In this document: piece by piece, positions 1 through 9,044 of the stretch
Layout of the letters: every line of letters starts with the position of its first letter
Position numbering within the stretch: position 1 is the stretch's first letter
Virus record (IMG/VR): IMGVR_UViG_3300025869_000012
Length of the DNA stretch: 64,000 nucleotides
Direction: 5' to 3' (one strand)
From: an uncultured virus (IMG/VR IMGVR_UViG_3300025869_000012)
Taxonomy: Duplodnaviria; Heunggongvirae; Uroviricota; Caudoviricetes
Made by a program: the position numbers and the translations under genes
The notes under the pieces: model-generated
Databases searched by the model: none
Seen by the model: only the letters and a program-made list of their open reading frames with translations
What the model was told of the DNA's origin: nothing

Positions 1-140
1 TAGATTCCAATAATAATGATTATACAATTGAAACTGATTATTTAGATTCTTATTATATAATAATAAAATAAATAGAAAAAGAGAGATAGTGCGGTATACT
101 TTACTAACTAAAAATATACAATAAACAATTACACTACTTT

Positions 141-170
141 ACAATGTAAATACTATAACTATAAGATAAC
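141..170 (+). promoter_or_regulatory. Early promoter-like motif, copy 1 (ACAATGTAAATACTATAACTATAAGATAAC)
   Basis: Aligns without gaps to four other copies; lies upstream of ORF 207. Confidence 0.7.
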
Positions 171-206
171 ATTACTATACAACTTAAACATAAAACAAAT
201 ACAACT

Positions 207-434
207 ATGAATACAATCACTTCTAAAAGATTTGTAGTAAGAAAAAGTCTTCTTAATACAAACACAAACATAACTTTCACTAATAAAAAAGGAAAAGAAA
301 TTACTTACTCACACGATAAAGTATTTAATATAATGAAAGATACTCTCACTAACTTACCATGTTGGTTAAAGTATAAGAGTTACACTGCTACTAATAATAT
401 TCCATTAGTACTTAGAGATAAAGAGTTAGTTTAA
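207..434 (+). CDS. Hypothetical early protein (75 aa)
   Basis: ORF directly downstream of motif copy 1, A-rich leader. Confidence 0.65.
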   Translation: MNTITSKRFVVRKSLLNTNTNITFTNKKGKEITYSHDKVFNIMKDTLTNLPCWLKYKSYTATNNIPLVLRDKELV

Positions 435-449
435 TAGCTCTTTACCTCA

Positions 450-496
450 TCTAGTCTTGGAGCAGAGGTGGGTTTCGACTACTCACACTAGAACTA
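450..496 (+). ncRNA. Minimal tRNA-like element (acceptor-like stem plus T-arm)
   Basis: TCTAGT(450-455) pairs with ACTAGA(487-492); GTGGGT/ACTCAC stem closes the 7-nt loop TTCGACT; no anticodon arm. Confidence 0.45.
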
Positions 497-683
497 AATT
501 ACAACTTACTATGAAGAATAATAAACTAATTACAGAGACACTAATGTCTATAACTTTCTTAACACTTTTAACATTACTACTATGGATAACACTAATAATA
601 ATAGGATAACTATACTAACCTCAGAAGAAATACAAATGGTTTTAGATAACTGGTATGACAGGTTAGATTCAAGTGATGAGTTT

Positions 684-713
684 ACAATGTAAACACGATC
701 ATTAATAGATAAT
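684..713 (+). promoter_or_regulatory. Early promoter-like motif, copy 2
   Basis: ACAATGTAAACACGATCATTAATAGATAAT. Confidence 0.75.
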
Positions 714-812
714 ATATATAAACAACTATGAATACAATTAAATTTCTACCAAACAATAAAATACTACTTAATAATAAAACATTATTAAACAAAATAAATA
801 ACACTAACCAGT

Positions 813-1016
813 ATGCCTCTTGGTATACTATTAAAAACAAAAACTATGGCGATACAATACAACGCTTACCAATCAATTAAATGTGGTAAAAACACAACAG
901 AAAAAGATTTATACGAACTATTTGGCGACGCTATAACCGTCCATGATGGTAAAGGTAATGAAATAAAAGACTATTTTAAACATAAATACAACAAAAGAAA
1001 TGGCTGGAATAACTAA
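813..1016 (+). CDS. Hypothetical early protein (start may be ATG 846)
   Basis: ORF; overlaps next gene. Confidence 0.5.
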   Translation: MPLGILLKTKTMAIQYNAYQSIKCGKNTTEKDLYELFGDAITVHDGKGNEIKDYFKHKYNKRNGWNN

Positions 1017-1431
1017 ATACCAACAAGAAAAGCAAGCATTAGAAGATGCTTTCGCAAGAAAAATGTTACTTGACTATGATATACGTGAAGTAACTACGCA
1101 AAGACAAGCTAAAAATGGCACTAGAGAGTTTAAATTCCCTGTTAGTTGCTTCAGTAAGCAAATGATTAAGTGGCATAGTGAGCATTCACTACCAAAAACT
1201 AGACTTAGAATGGCTATATTTAAAAATGGTTATGTAAGAAAACAAAATGGTGCGTACTGTCCTTACCCAATTAACAAAAGGTATAGACAAAATGTGCAAC
1301 ATACTTTACTAACTATTAACGGAGAGTTGAAAACTAGAAGATATAATACTCTTGCCTATGAAATAATACATGAAAGTATTGCTATGATGAACTATATGTT
1401 AAACTATTATTTAAAGAACTATGCTAAGTAA
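1000..1431 (+). CDS. Hypothetical early protein (143 aa)
   Basis: ORF in tightly packed co-directional run. Confidence 0.65.
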   Translation: MAGITKYQQEKQALEDAFARKMLLDYDIREVTTQRQAKNGTREFKFPVSCFSKQMIKWHSEHSLPKTRLRMAIFKNGYVRKQNGAYCPYPINKRYRQNVQHTLLTINGELKTRRYNTLAYEIIHESIAMMNYMLNYYLKNYAK

Positions 1432-1624
1432 ACTAAGTATTGAAGAATTTGAGAAATTAGCAGATCAAACTGCTGAAGAATCTATAAAAGATATATATAG
1501 AGCGTGCGATTGGGCACTAGATGGATACGAAATCAAGAAAGATTTCAATGAAATTCATGGCACACTGATGAAAGCTGTCACTAAAAGAATAGCGATTCAA
1601 ATGGGTGTAACAAAAGAAAAATAA
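1421..1624 (+). CDS. Hypothetical early protein (67 aa)
   Basis: ORF overlapping the previous stop. Confidence 0.6.
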   Translation: MLSKLSIEEFEKLADQTAEESIKDIYRACDWALDGYEIKKDFNEIHGTLMKAVTKRIAIQMGVTKEK

Positions 1625-1626
1625 AT

Positions 1627-1656
1627 ACAATATAAATACGACAACTATTAGATAAT
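1627..1656 (+). promoter_or_regulatory. Early promoter-like motif, copy 3
   Basis: ACAATATAAATACGACAACTATTAGATAAT, fills the intergenic gap before ATG 1663. Confidence 0.8.
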
Positions 1657-1662
1657 ATTTAT

Positions 1663-1884
1663 ATGATATGTAACAAATGTAATAAAAATATAATACCTCA
1701 AGCACGGTTGGCACTAGGTTATACCTCTTGCGTCGACTGTTCCACTGTTGAACCTTATGGCTGTGTGGCACTCACATACCACAAAACCGGCAACACTATC
1801 CAAATTATGCCGAAAGCACAGGCGAAACGTATACGTAAGCTAACCGAGCGCAGAGGTTACGGCACTATGTTAAGAAACATATAG
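1663..1884 (+). CDS. DksA/TraR-like C4 zinc-finger protein
   Basis: CNKC...IPQARL...CVDC pattern. Confidence 0.65.
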   Translation: MICNKCNKNIIPQARLALGYTSCVDCSTVEPYGCVALTYHKTGNTIQIMPKAQAKRIRKLTERRGYGTMLRNI

Positions 1885-1997
1885 TTGTATATAAGCTCTA
1901 AACCTAGAAAGCATTGATGCACTTCAAATTAAGAGTACAGAGTATATCTTAAATAGGAGTACAAAGCAGATGTAAGACTTTCAAGGGTCGAGAGCGC

Positions 1998-2106
1998 AGA
2001 TCAGGTATGGACTTGCGACGTAATTAAGTTTACGCATCAAGTAATACAGGAAACACAGTTGATCATGTGTTGAAAACAATGGAGGTTCGATTCCTCCACT
2101 GATCTC
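1998..2106 (+). ncRNA. tRNA-like structured RNA with non-canonical arms
   Basis: AGATCAG(1998-2004) pairs with CTGATCT(2099-2105); T-arm TGGAGG-TTCGATT-CCTCCA; two internal hairpins; lies in a ~290-nt non-coding gap. Confidence 0.55.
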
Positions 2107-2178
2107 TTAAACAGTAGGTACCAAGCCTGGACAAGAAGGGTGCAGCGTTACCGAGTCGCAATGCCTACTGTTACCGAT

Positions 2179-2385
2179 ATGAATATGAGTTATTGCAGAT
2201 TCGAGAATACAAGTAGAGCTTTAAGCGACTGCTTGGACGCCATAAATGACGGCGATTATAGAGATCTAACAGAACACGAAAGAAATGGTCTGATAGATAT
2301 GTTAGCCTACTGTGACGATATACTTCACCACAGAGAGGAAATTGAAGAGGAATTAAAAGTTATACAAAGTAAATACGATTACTAA
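2179..2385 (+). CDS. Conserved phage hypothetical protein (MSYCRFENT N-terminus)
   Basis: ORF 2140..2385; ATG 2179/2185 preferred because the upstream part forms an RNA stem. Confidence 0.6.
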   Translation: MNMSYCRFENTSRALSDCLDAINDGDYRDLTEHERNGLIDMLAYCDDILHHREEIEEELKVIQSKYDY

Positions 2386-2393
2386 TAGATAAT
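2364..2393 (+). promoter_or_regulatory. Early promoter-like motif, copy 4
   Basis: ACAAAGTAAATACGATTACTAATAGATAAT, just upstream of ATG 2400. Confidence 0.8.
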
Positions 2394-2399
2394 ATTGAT

Positions 2400-2621
2400 A
2401 TGAAAAATTTATACCAAAAACTAAAACCAGAAATTAAGTCAAGGTTACACAGTAACAGTGACAAGTACGCTGTAAGCGTTAGTGGTGTTGTTGAAAGACT
2501 AAAGTCTACTAGATACTACAACGAGCTAACTATCGGCGATATTAAGCAGATCAGAGCATTCGGTGGTGTATCATCAACTGATATTCTTTGGCCTGAAACC
2601 ATGTTTAATACTAAATACTAA
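2400..2621 (+). CDS. Hypothetical early protein (73 aa)
   Basis: ORF directly after motif copy 4. Confidence 0.6.
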   Translation: MKNLYQKLKPEIKSRLHSNSDKYAVSVSGVVERLKSTRYYNELTIGDIKQIRAFGGVSSTDILWPETMFNTKY

Positions 2622-2867
2622 TGAATGAAAGCATTATTAGACGAGCAGCAGATGATCGAAGAACTATGCGCGCATTATGGCGAGCAAGAAGTCGAACGAT
2701 TGATTGCAGAAGCAAAGACAGATACGTTAATAGAATTATATAATGACATGCCAAACGGCAAGAGAATAAACTAATGATAAGAAAAAACGTAACAAGTATA
2801 AGCGAAGTTAACAAACTACGTAAGTCTGTAGAAAGAATAGAAAAATTATTAAGTAAAATAATAAAGA

Positions 2868-3176
2868 ATGACACAAGCAGAGTTTAACAAGCTAAATAAA
2901 GCTATTGATTTAATGGCTAAAAATATAATGGGTGATAAAGGCCCTGAGTATACACTAATGGACGATGATGTACTAAATAACTTTAAAAGTACAGCTAACA
3001 GGCTGAATACCAGCGCATTAAAAGTATGGGCTACATACTTTGATAAGCAGGTAAATAGTGTATTTGCGCATGTAAATCATGCTAATGTAAAGAAAGCAGA
3101 GTCTATTGACAGTAGGTTTGCTGATATTATTAACTATGCGAAGCTTGGCTTAGCATTATTTAAAGAAGAAAGATGA
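2868..3176 (+). CDS. Nucleotide-modification-associated all-alpha domain protein (DUF1599/Nmad1-like)
   Basis: K-x-x-EY...NNFK...ESIDSRFADIINYAKL pattern. Confidence 0.55.
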   Translation: MTQAEFNKLNKAIDLMAKNIMGDKGPEYTLMDDDVLNNFKSTANRLNTSALKVWATYFDKQVNSVFAHVNHANVKKAESIDSRFADIINYAKLGLALFKEER

Positions 3177-3331
3177 GAACAGATCACTTACAGAGTCTAT
3201 TAAAAATAATAAAAGACGATATGAAGAAAAGATGTGAACAGTCTTTTTATGAAGAACACAGAGATAAATGGGGTGACTATCACGGTGACATCCATGAGAT
3301 CATTAAAGATATGAAAAGAGGATTAAAATGA
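3173..3331 (+). CDS. Small hypothetical protein (52 aa, not in ORF track)
   Basis: ATG overlaps previous stop (ATGA); MRTDHLQSLLKIIKDD... Confidence 0.45.
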   Translation: MRTDHLQSLLKIIKDDMKKRCEQSFYEEHRDKWGDYHGDIHEIIKDMKRGLK

Positions 3332-3394
3332 CAATAGAATCAATATTTATTATTATGAGTATGGCATTATTTTTTGTGGCAATGATAACAGTAC

Positions 3395-3703
3395 TTGACA
3401 ATGCCAATAAGAAGTGATGCAAGAGGTAACTTAATAAAGAAATCTCAGTACAAAAAGAAAAAATACAAGTACAGATTTATATGTGGCGACGAACATATCG
3501 TTGGCACTACTGACGATCCACGTAGAACATTAGAGTCTATATGGAAAGTTTATTGGGACTGCAAAAAAGATATATGTGTAGACTTTGGTACGCGAAATAA
3601 AGTAAAAGAATTATGCGTAACACAAGATGAAGAAACAATATATACTTATTGCAATGAAGAAATAACTAAACACAAATTTAAACAATTATTAGATGAGCAC
3701 TAG
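3395..3703 (+). CDS. Hypothetical protein
   Basis: ORF; ATG start likely 3401. Confidence 0.55.
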   Translation: MTMPIRSDARGNLIKKSQYKKKKYKYRFICGDEHIVGTTDDPRRTLESIWKVYWDCKKDICVDFGTRNKVKELCVTQDEETIYTYCNEEITKHKFKQLLDEH

Positions 3704-4190
3704 AAACTTAACAATGGTAATCGATAGAGATTACGCAAGCAACCACGAACTAGGTTTTGCACAAAACCCTGAGTTGCTAACAGAACATAGCTATGTTAAT
3801 ATGTACCTGCATCACGATGGTTATCCTGAGTGGCAAGGCGTACAACTAGCTAACTGGTTACTAGCTAACCAAACAATTACTGATGGCACTAGGCTTGCGG
3901 CTAAAATGGTACATGATATGTACTATGACAGTTGCTACCTATATGCATCACCAGAAGATATAGATCACAACTATACATACGTGATATGGACAGGTGATAA
4001 CAAAGATATATGGGTGAGCTGCTATGATCAATACGCAACAGCGAATGTATTTGTGCTTACTCCTGACAAGATACTTGCAAAGTATAGTAATCAGAAGTAT
4101 AGCTACACAGACTTTGCTACACAAACCAGATCACAACAAGAAAAACAGTATGTTGCAAAAGATATACTACACCCATCAGGTTACGATTAA
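3693..4190 (+). CDS. Conserved phage hypothetical protein
   Basis: MSTR...YLHHDGYPEWQG motif seen in many phage early genes. Confidence 0.65.
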   Translation: MSTRNLTMVIDRDYASNHELGFAQNPELLTEHSYVNMYLHHDGYPEWQGVQLANWLLANQTITDGTRLAAKMVHDMYYDSCYLYASPEDIDHNYTYVIWTGDNKDIWVSCYDQYATANVFVLTPDKILAKYSNQKYSYTDFATQTRSQQEKQYVAKDILHPSGYD

Positions 4191-4220
4191 ACAATATAAA
4201 TACGATATATGAAAGATAAT
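4191..4220 (+). promoter_or_regulatory. Early promoter-like motif, copy 5
   Basis: ACAATATAAATACGATATATGAAAGATAAT, starts right after stop 4190. Confidence 0.7.
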
Positions 4221-4415
4221 ACTGATGAATTCGATTTAAGACTTGAAATATCCGACATGATGTGGGAAGTTGATAGACTAAGAGAGATAGAAGAATCTTA
4301 TGTAGATTCAGAAGAATACGAAAAAGCAGGTCTTGTACTTGCTAAACAAAAACGATTAATACGATTACTTAAAAACAAAGAACAAAAACTAAAACAATAT
4401 GACAAAACACTTTAA
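4209..4415 (+). CDS. Small coiled-coil protein (UVR-like EEYEKA motif)
   Basis: ORF; start may lie downstream because ATG 4209 is inside motif copy 5. Confidence 0.5.
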   Translation: MKDNTDEFDLRLEISDMMWEVDRLREIEESYVDSEEYEKAGLVLAKQKRLIRLLKNKEQKLKQYDKTL

Positions 4416-5271
4416 ACCTATGCTCGCACACAAATTCGATAATAAGCGAGTTGACTGGTCCAAACCAGTATTTATACAACCTAAACTCGACGGCGTTCGC
4501 TGCGTGTTTACAAAAGACGGCGCGTTCTCACGTACCGGTAAAAAATTCATGAACTTACAACATTTATTTACACCAAAAATGTTCAGTATGTTCAAACAAA
4601 ACCCTTGGCTTGTCCTTGACGGTGAGTTGTATAATCATGATCTAAGAGATGATTTTGAAAAAATCATATCATTAGTCAGAAAACAAAAACCAACAGACGA
4701 CGACAGGAAAGAGGCACGCAAGCTCATACAATATCATGTGTACGACTACGCGTTTTGTAATCCAAATGAAAACAAAGTAGATTTAATAGAGTCTGATATG
4801 AATAGATACGGCAAACGTCATGATCAACTAACTCGCTCTAACATGTACGGTAAACATATTCGATATGTACCTGCAAGAGGTGTACACACACTTGATAAAG
4901 CCAAAGAAATACACAACAATTTTCTAGAACAAGGCTATGAAGGCTCTATACTAAGACTAGACGGTGCATACAAAAATGGCAGGTCATATGATCTTATGAA
5001 GTTTAAAGACTTCAGCGATACCGAAGCTACAATTGTAAGTTGGGTTGAAGGCAAAGGCAAAAGACGTGGCACAATCGGTAAGTTCATTGCTGTTGACAGC
5101 GATGGCATTAAATTCGGTATGCCAGTCATGGACAAGTTTGTATATCTACAGAAAAACTTCAAAGCTATGCAAGACTGGGTTGGCAAGACTGCTACGTTTA
5201 CATACTTTGAAAGAACTAAAGCAGGTAGTTACAGACATCCATTGTTCAAAGCAATACGTAACTACGAGTAA
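4399..5271 (+). CDS. ATP-dependent DNA ligase
   Basis: Motifs QPKLDGVR, LDGELY, EGSILR, LMKFK; C-terminal OB fold. Confidence 0.93.
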   Translation: MTKHFKPMLAHKFDNKRVDWSKPVFIQPKLDGVRCVFTKDGAFSRTGKKFMNLQHLFTPKMFSMFKQNPWLVLDGELYNHDLRDDFEKIISLVRKQKPTDDDRKEARKLIQYHVYDYAFCNPNENKVDLIESDMNRYGKRHDQLTRSNMYGKHIRYVPARGVHTLDKAKEIHNNFLEQGYEGSILRLDGAYKNGRSYDLMKFKDFSDTEATIVSWVEGKGKRRGTIGKFIAVDSDGIKFGMPVMDKFVYLQKNFKAMQDWVGKTATFTYFERTKAGSYRHPLFKAIRNYE

Positions 5272-5753
5272 TGAATATATTTTACTTAGATAAAGATCCT
5301 AAGCTTGCCGCTATATATCAATACAATAAGCATGTTGTTAAAATGATACTTGAGTCGGCTCAAATGTTATGTACAGCGCATCATTGTTATGGTAGCGCTG
5401 AACAAAAAGCTAATGTACCTTATAAACAAGCACATCTGAATCATCCATCAACAGTATGGGCTAGACAATCTAAGTCTACTTACATGTGGTTATATGACCA
5501 CATGATGGCTCTTGGTACAGAGTATTATGTTAGATATGGTAAGACACATTTAACAATTACTAAATGCAAAGATTTTTTAGCCACACCACCTAAACATATT
5601 CAAGGTGATGAGTGGTCACAACCTCCACAGGCTATGCCTGATGAGTATAAACACAAAGATAGTATTATTGCTTATTGGCAATATTATATTAATGATAAAT
5701 CTCATATTGCAGGTAAAACTGAAAATAAATATAGAGAAATACCAATTTATTAA
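5271..5753 (+). CDS. Pyrimidine-dimer DNA glycosylase (DenV-like family)
   Basis: MNIFYLD...KHVVKMILESAQMLCTAH...HLNHPS. Confidence 0.75.
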   Translation: MNIFYLDKDPKLAAIYQYNKHVVKMILESAQMLCTAHHCYGSAEQKANVPYKQAHLNHPSTVWARQSKSTYMWLYDHMMALGTEYYVRYGKTHLTITKCKDFLATPPKHIQGDEWSQPPQAMPDEYKHKDSIIAYWQYYINDKSHIAGKTENKYREIPIY

Positions 5754-5768
5754 CTAAATAATTATTAT

Positions 5769-6173
5769 ATGTTAAAGTTATTAATTATATTTACAAGCCT
5801 ATTGTCATGTGACAGTAGCAACTTAAATAATGAAAAGCAGAGACTTTATGTAACTGCTACAATATATCATGCTGTTGAAGCACAAACCGATAGTACACCA
5901 GATATTACAGCGTCAGGCTATAAAATTAATATAGATGACCCATTATCCGATAGGATAATAGCTGTAAGTTGGGATCTTGAGAACGAATACAAATTTAAGA
6001 TGGGTGATAAAGTCCATGTTGAAGGCGCAGGACTTCTTGATGGTATATGGTTTGTAAGAGATCGTATGAATCCAAGGTTTAGAAAACGTATAGATTTTCT
6101 TGTACCACAAAGTATGAAAGGTGGTAAATGGGAAAAAGTTATCTTAACCCACGAAAAATCATTTTTTAAATGA
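5769..6173 (+). CDS. 3D-domain (lytic transglycosylase-like) putative lipoprotein
   Basis: Signal peptide with LLSC; TAT-Y...ITASG...IIAVS...RDRM...RIDF. Confidence 0.7.
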   Translation: MLKLLIIFTSLLSCDSSNLNNEKQRLYVTATIYHAVEAQTDSTPDITASGYKINIDDPLSDRIIAVSWDLENEYKFKMGDKVHVEGAGLLDGIWFVRDRMNPRFRKRIDFLVPQSMKGGKWEKVILTHEKSFFK

Positions 6174-6222
6174 TTTAATATAGGGTGACAAAAGCCCTAT
6201 ATAGTATAATAATAACAGGCTA

Positions 6223-6843
6223 ATGTCACACAGAAATTTAGAGTATTTACATCGTAAAAGAATAATATACAGAGGTTATCCTGATAACGACGAACCTACG
6301 CAGTCATATTGGTGGGGTAGTTATTATCAACAAGGTACTTATGAATGTTATGAGTTGTTTAGAAGTACAGCCAAGATTACTACGTTTAGATCTTTAAAGT
6401 GGCATTTGTCCGTGTTATGGTGGTTAAATCCTAACATTGATAGAAAAAAGTTTGAAAATTTATCACAATTTATCTGTGATAAGTCAAATGGATTTATTAC
6501 CTTTACAATACCAAGTAAAACCCTTGATATTTTAATTAACAGTTTTGCTAAAACTAAGAAGCCTCCTAAGAATAAATTGAGGAAGATTATATTTAAGCCA
6601 AACCTAATAATTGATGTATCTAAAAAACTAAAAATAGTTGGGTCGTTAATTGGGCGGGGGAGAATATCAACAAATGATATTTATGAGTGGATGTTGAACA
6701 TTAACAGCTTGGAACAAAAGATAACTATAGCTAAGCTAGCTAATTGTTTGAAATGTTCTTCAAGAACTATTCATAGACATATGACTGATGAATTAAAAAA
6801 TGAAAAAGAACAATTAAACAATATGTTAGATGAGAAAGTATAA
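6223..6843 (+). CDS. Putative DNA-binding/replication protein with C-terminal HTH
   Basis: ITIAKLANCLKCSSRTIHRHM helix-turn-helix. Confidence 0.55.
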   Translation: MSHRNLEYLHRKRIIYRGYPDNDEPTQSYWWGSYYQQGTYECYELFRSTAKITTFRSLKWHLSVLWWLNPNIDRKKFENLSQFICDKSNGFITFTIPSKTLDILINSFAKTKKPPKNKLRKIIFKPNLIIDVSKKLKIVGSLIGRGRISTNDIYEWMLNINSLEQKITIAKLANCLKCSSRTIHRHMTDELKNEKEQLNNMLDEKV

Positions 6844-7591
6844 CGTTGAGAACTATATCAGGTATAAAACCGATGTAGGAAACGTCTTAACAAAAGACTT
6901 ATATGAAAGTGAGGACTTCAAGAGTATGACTCGTGATGATCTCATACACAAGTTTCTACCTTTAGTAGAAAATATAGCTAAAAAGTTTTCAACAGCGCAA
7001 CCTGCATCAGGTGTATTAGATATATTAGATCTTATACAGTTTGGTAATATAGGTTTAATAAACGCTGTCGATAAGATTGTACATGAAAAACTAGATGAAT
7101 CAAAGGATAAGAATAATACATTGAAATCATTTTTATCTAAACGTATCAAAGGAAACATAAGACGTTCTATTGATATAAATAAAGGTGGTTTACGTATACC
7201 AGAGCATAAGCTCGCAGAAATGAGGAATCAAACTGCTGATCAAAATGCTGTAAGTAAATTCTTTGACTCATTGTTTTTAAGTATCGAAGAGATATCTGAG
7301 AATAACAACCAGGTCTTTGAAATACCGGATAAACAACCCGAGTACAATGAGGAAATGTTTAGTATTTATTTAAAATCTTTATTACAAAGGTATTTAAATA
7401 GAAAAGAGTACGAAGTACTAAGATTAAGCTATGGCCTAGACTGTCCAAAACACAGCGCTAAAGAAATAGCATATAAATTACAGATTAAAGGCCAGAGTGC
7501 TTATGTAAGAGTTTCACAGCTTAAAAAACAAGCTGTTGAAAGATTAAAACAGAATGTAAAACATTCAGAAATTTTAGATTATATACCATGA
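6830..7591 (+). CDS. Phage sigma70-family RNA polymerase sigma factor
   Basis: Region 2 (LPLVENIAKKF, DLIQFGNIGLINAVDK, LRIP) and region 4 (EVLRLSYGL...KEIA...RVSQLKKQAVERLK). Confidence 0.88.
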   Translation: MRKYNVENYIRYKTDVGNVLTKDLYESEDFKSMTRDDLIHKFLPLVENIAKKFSTAQPASGVLDILDLIQFGNIGLINAVDKIVHEKLDESKDKNNTLKSFLSKRIKGNIRRSIDINKGGLRIPEHKLAEMRNQTADQNAVSKFFDSLFLSIEEISENNNQVFEIPDKQPEYNEEMFSIYLKSLLQRYLNRKEYEVLRLSYGLDCPKHSAKEIAYKLQIKGQSAYVRVSQLKKQAVERLKQNVKHSEILDYIP

Positions 7592-8124
7592 ATTTAAACC
7601 AAAAATTAAAAGACATACAGGTACATTTTAAAGCTAAGAAAACTAGGTTTAATAGCTTCGGTAAGTATTATTTCAGGTCTGCTGAAGATATACTTGAAGC
7701 TGTAAAGCCTCATTTAACTAAGCACAATGTAACTGTTATAGTTAATGAAGATCTTGTTATAGGCGAATTTGGTCCTATAATAAAGACTACTGCTACAATT
7801 ACTGACGGCACTGATTCAATAAGTGCTGCCGCGGTTGTTGGTGTAGACCTTGCTCAAAAAGGTATGCAAGTGCCGCAGCAATTTGGCAGTGCAAGCTCGT
7901 ATGGTAAAAAGTACGCGCTTGGTAATTTATTCTTAATCGATGATACGCAGGATAGTGATGCGACTAACAGTCACGGCAAAACGTCTAATAAAGCTTTTTT
8001 GAAAGCTGGAACAGACTCGTTTACTAAAGCTGTTGACTATGTTAAGGCAGGTGGGAAAGTTGACGCGATTAAGAAGAAGTACTCTATGTCAAGTGAGATA
8101 GAGTCACAACTTAAATCTATTTAA
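7588..8124 (+). CDS. ERF-family single-strand annealing protein
   Basis: FGKYYFRSAEDIL; QQFGSASSYGKKYAL..LF.IDD..DSD. Confidence 0.85.
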   Translation: MNLNQKLKDIQVHFKAKKTRFNSFGKYYFRSAEDILEAVKPHLTKHNVTVIVNEDLVIGEFGPIIKTTATITDGTDSISAAAVVGVDLAQKGMQVPQQFGSASSYGKKYALGNLFLIDDTQDSDATNSHGKTSNKAFLKAGTDSFTKAVDYVKAGGKVDAIKKKYSMSSEIESQLKSI

Positions 8125-8125
8125 G

Positions 8126-8866
8126 ATGAATAAACAGGCGATTGAAAAGCTTCGTAACGACGAGCTTTACTACGGAGATTATGGAAAGAAGTTCCTAAGT
8201 AACAGTGACATCGGTACGTTGTTTAACAATCCTCTAGCACTTGGACAACCAAGTACTGAAACTTCTGCTTTTTTAGTAGGTAAGTATTTTCATACTGCAA
8301 TACTTGAGCCAGACAAATTGAAAAGCTTTAAGATTATAAAGTCATCGACTCGTAATACTAAAGTTTATAAAGAGATGTCAGGCGGAGAGCTATGCCTACT
8401 AGAAAAAGAAGTTGATATGATCGAGGCTATGACGGCAAAGATTATGGACAATGAAGTATGTAGAAACTTAATACTAGGTTCAGATGGTAGCAATAACGTG
8501 GAGTATGAAGAACCAGGTATTGTCGAATTATATGGCAATAAATGGAAGGGTAAGGCTGATATTGTTAACCATGATGAAAAAGTTGTAGTTGATTTGAAAA
8601 CAACGGCTGATATAAATAAATTTACGTCTAGTGCATATCGTTATAATTACGATTCACAAGCGTTTATATATCAAAAGCTATTTGGATATGACTTCGTTTT
8701 CATAGTAATCGATAAGAGCACAAAGCAAATAGGAATATTTGACTGCTCAGATGAATTCTTACAGCGTGGGGATTTGAAGGTAGAGAGGGCTAGCGGAATT
8801 TATGATTTATTTTTTAAGACTAAGGATTTCGATCCTAAGCAATATTTTATAACCAAAACACTTTAA
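8126..8866 (+). CDS. RecE/exonuclease VIII-like PD-(D/E)XK nuclease (DUF3799-like)
   Basis: G.YFHTAILEP; KGKADI; VDLKTT; YNYDSQAFIY. Confidence 0.82.
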   Translation: MNKQAIEKLRNDELYYGDYGKKFLSNSDIGTLFNNPLALGQPSTETSAFLVGKYFHTAILEPDKLKSFKIIKSSTRNTKVYKEMSGGELCLLEKEVDMIEAMTAKIMDNEVCRNLILGSDGSNNVEYEEPGIVELYGNKWKGKADIVNHDEKVVVDLKTTADINKFTSSAYRYNYDSQAFIYQKLFGYDFVFIVIDKSTKQIGIFDCSDEFLQRGDLKVERASGIYDLFFKTKDFDPKQYFITKTL

Positions 8867-8875
8867 TTTAATATT

Positions 8876-9043
8876 ATGGCAAGAACCAGAAAAAGAACAT
8901 GCGACGTAACAGGCATGACAACAAGCGTAAATAATTTTTACACAAACCAAAGCCACGTGAAAGCCGTGGACAATTTAAGAAGACTAACTGGCGCAAGTAA
9001 AGACCAGATGTCTAGAATGTTTAACCAAATATCAACCTACTAA
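8876..9043 (+). CDS. Small hypothetical protein (55 aa, not in ORF track)
   Basis: MARTRKRTCDVTGMTT...; fills the gap between flanking genes. Confidence 0.55.
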   Translation: MARTRKRTCDVTGMTTSVNNFYTNQSHVKAVDNLRRLTGASKDQMSRMFNQISTY

Positions 9044-9044
9044 T

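Noticed and set aside
1998..2106. Canonical tRNA gene
   Set aside because: No standard D-arm or 7-nt anticodon loop at the expected spacing; too long
2105..2145. Twister ribozyme (GGTACCAAGCCTGG...AGGG resemblance)
   Set aside because: P1/P2 pairings and the second pseudoknot could not be built by eye; kept only as an unclassified structure
141..4220. 30-bp repeats as a CRISPR array
   Set aside because: Dispersed over 4 kb, separated by whole genes, with a variable centre; no cas genes
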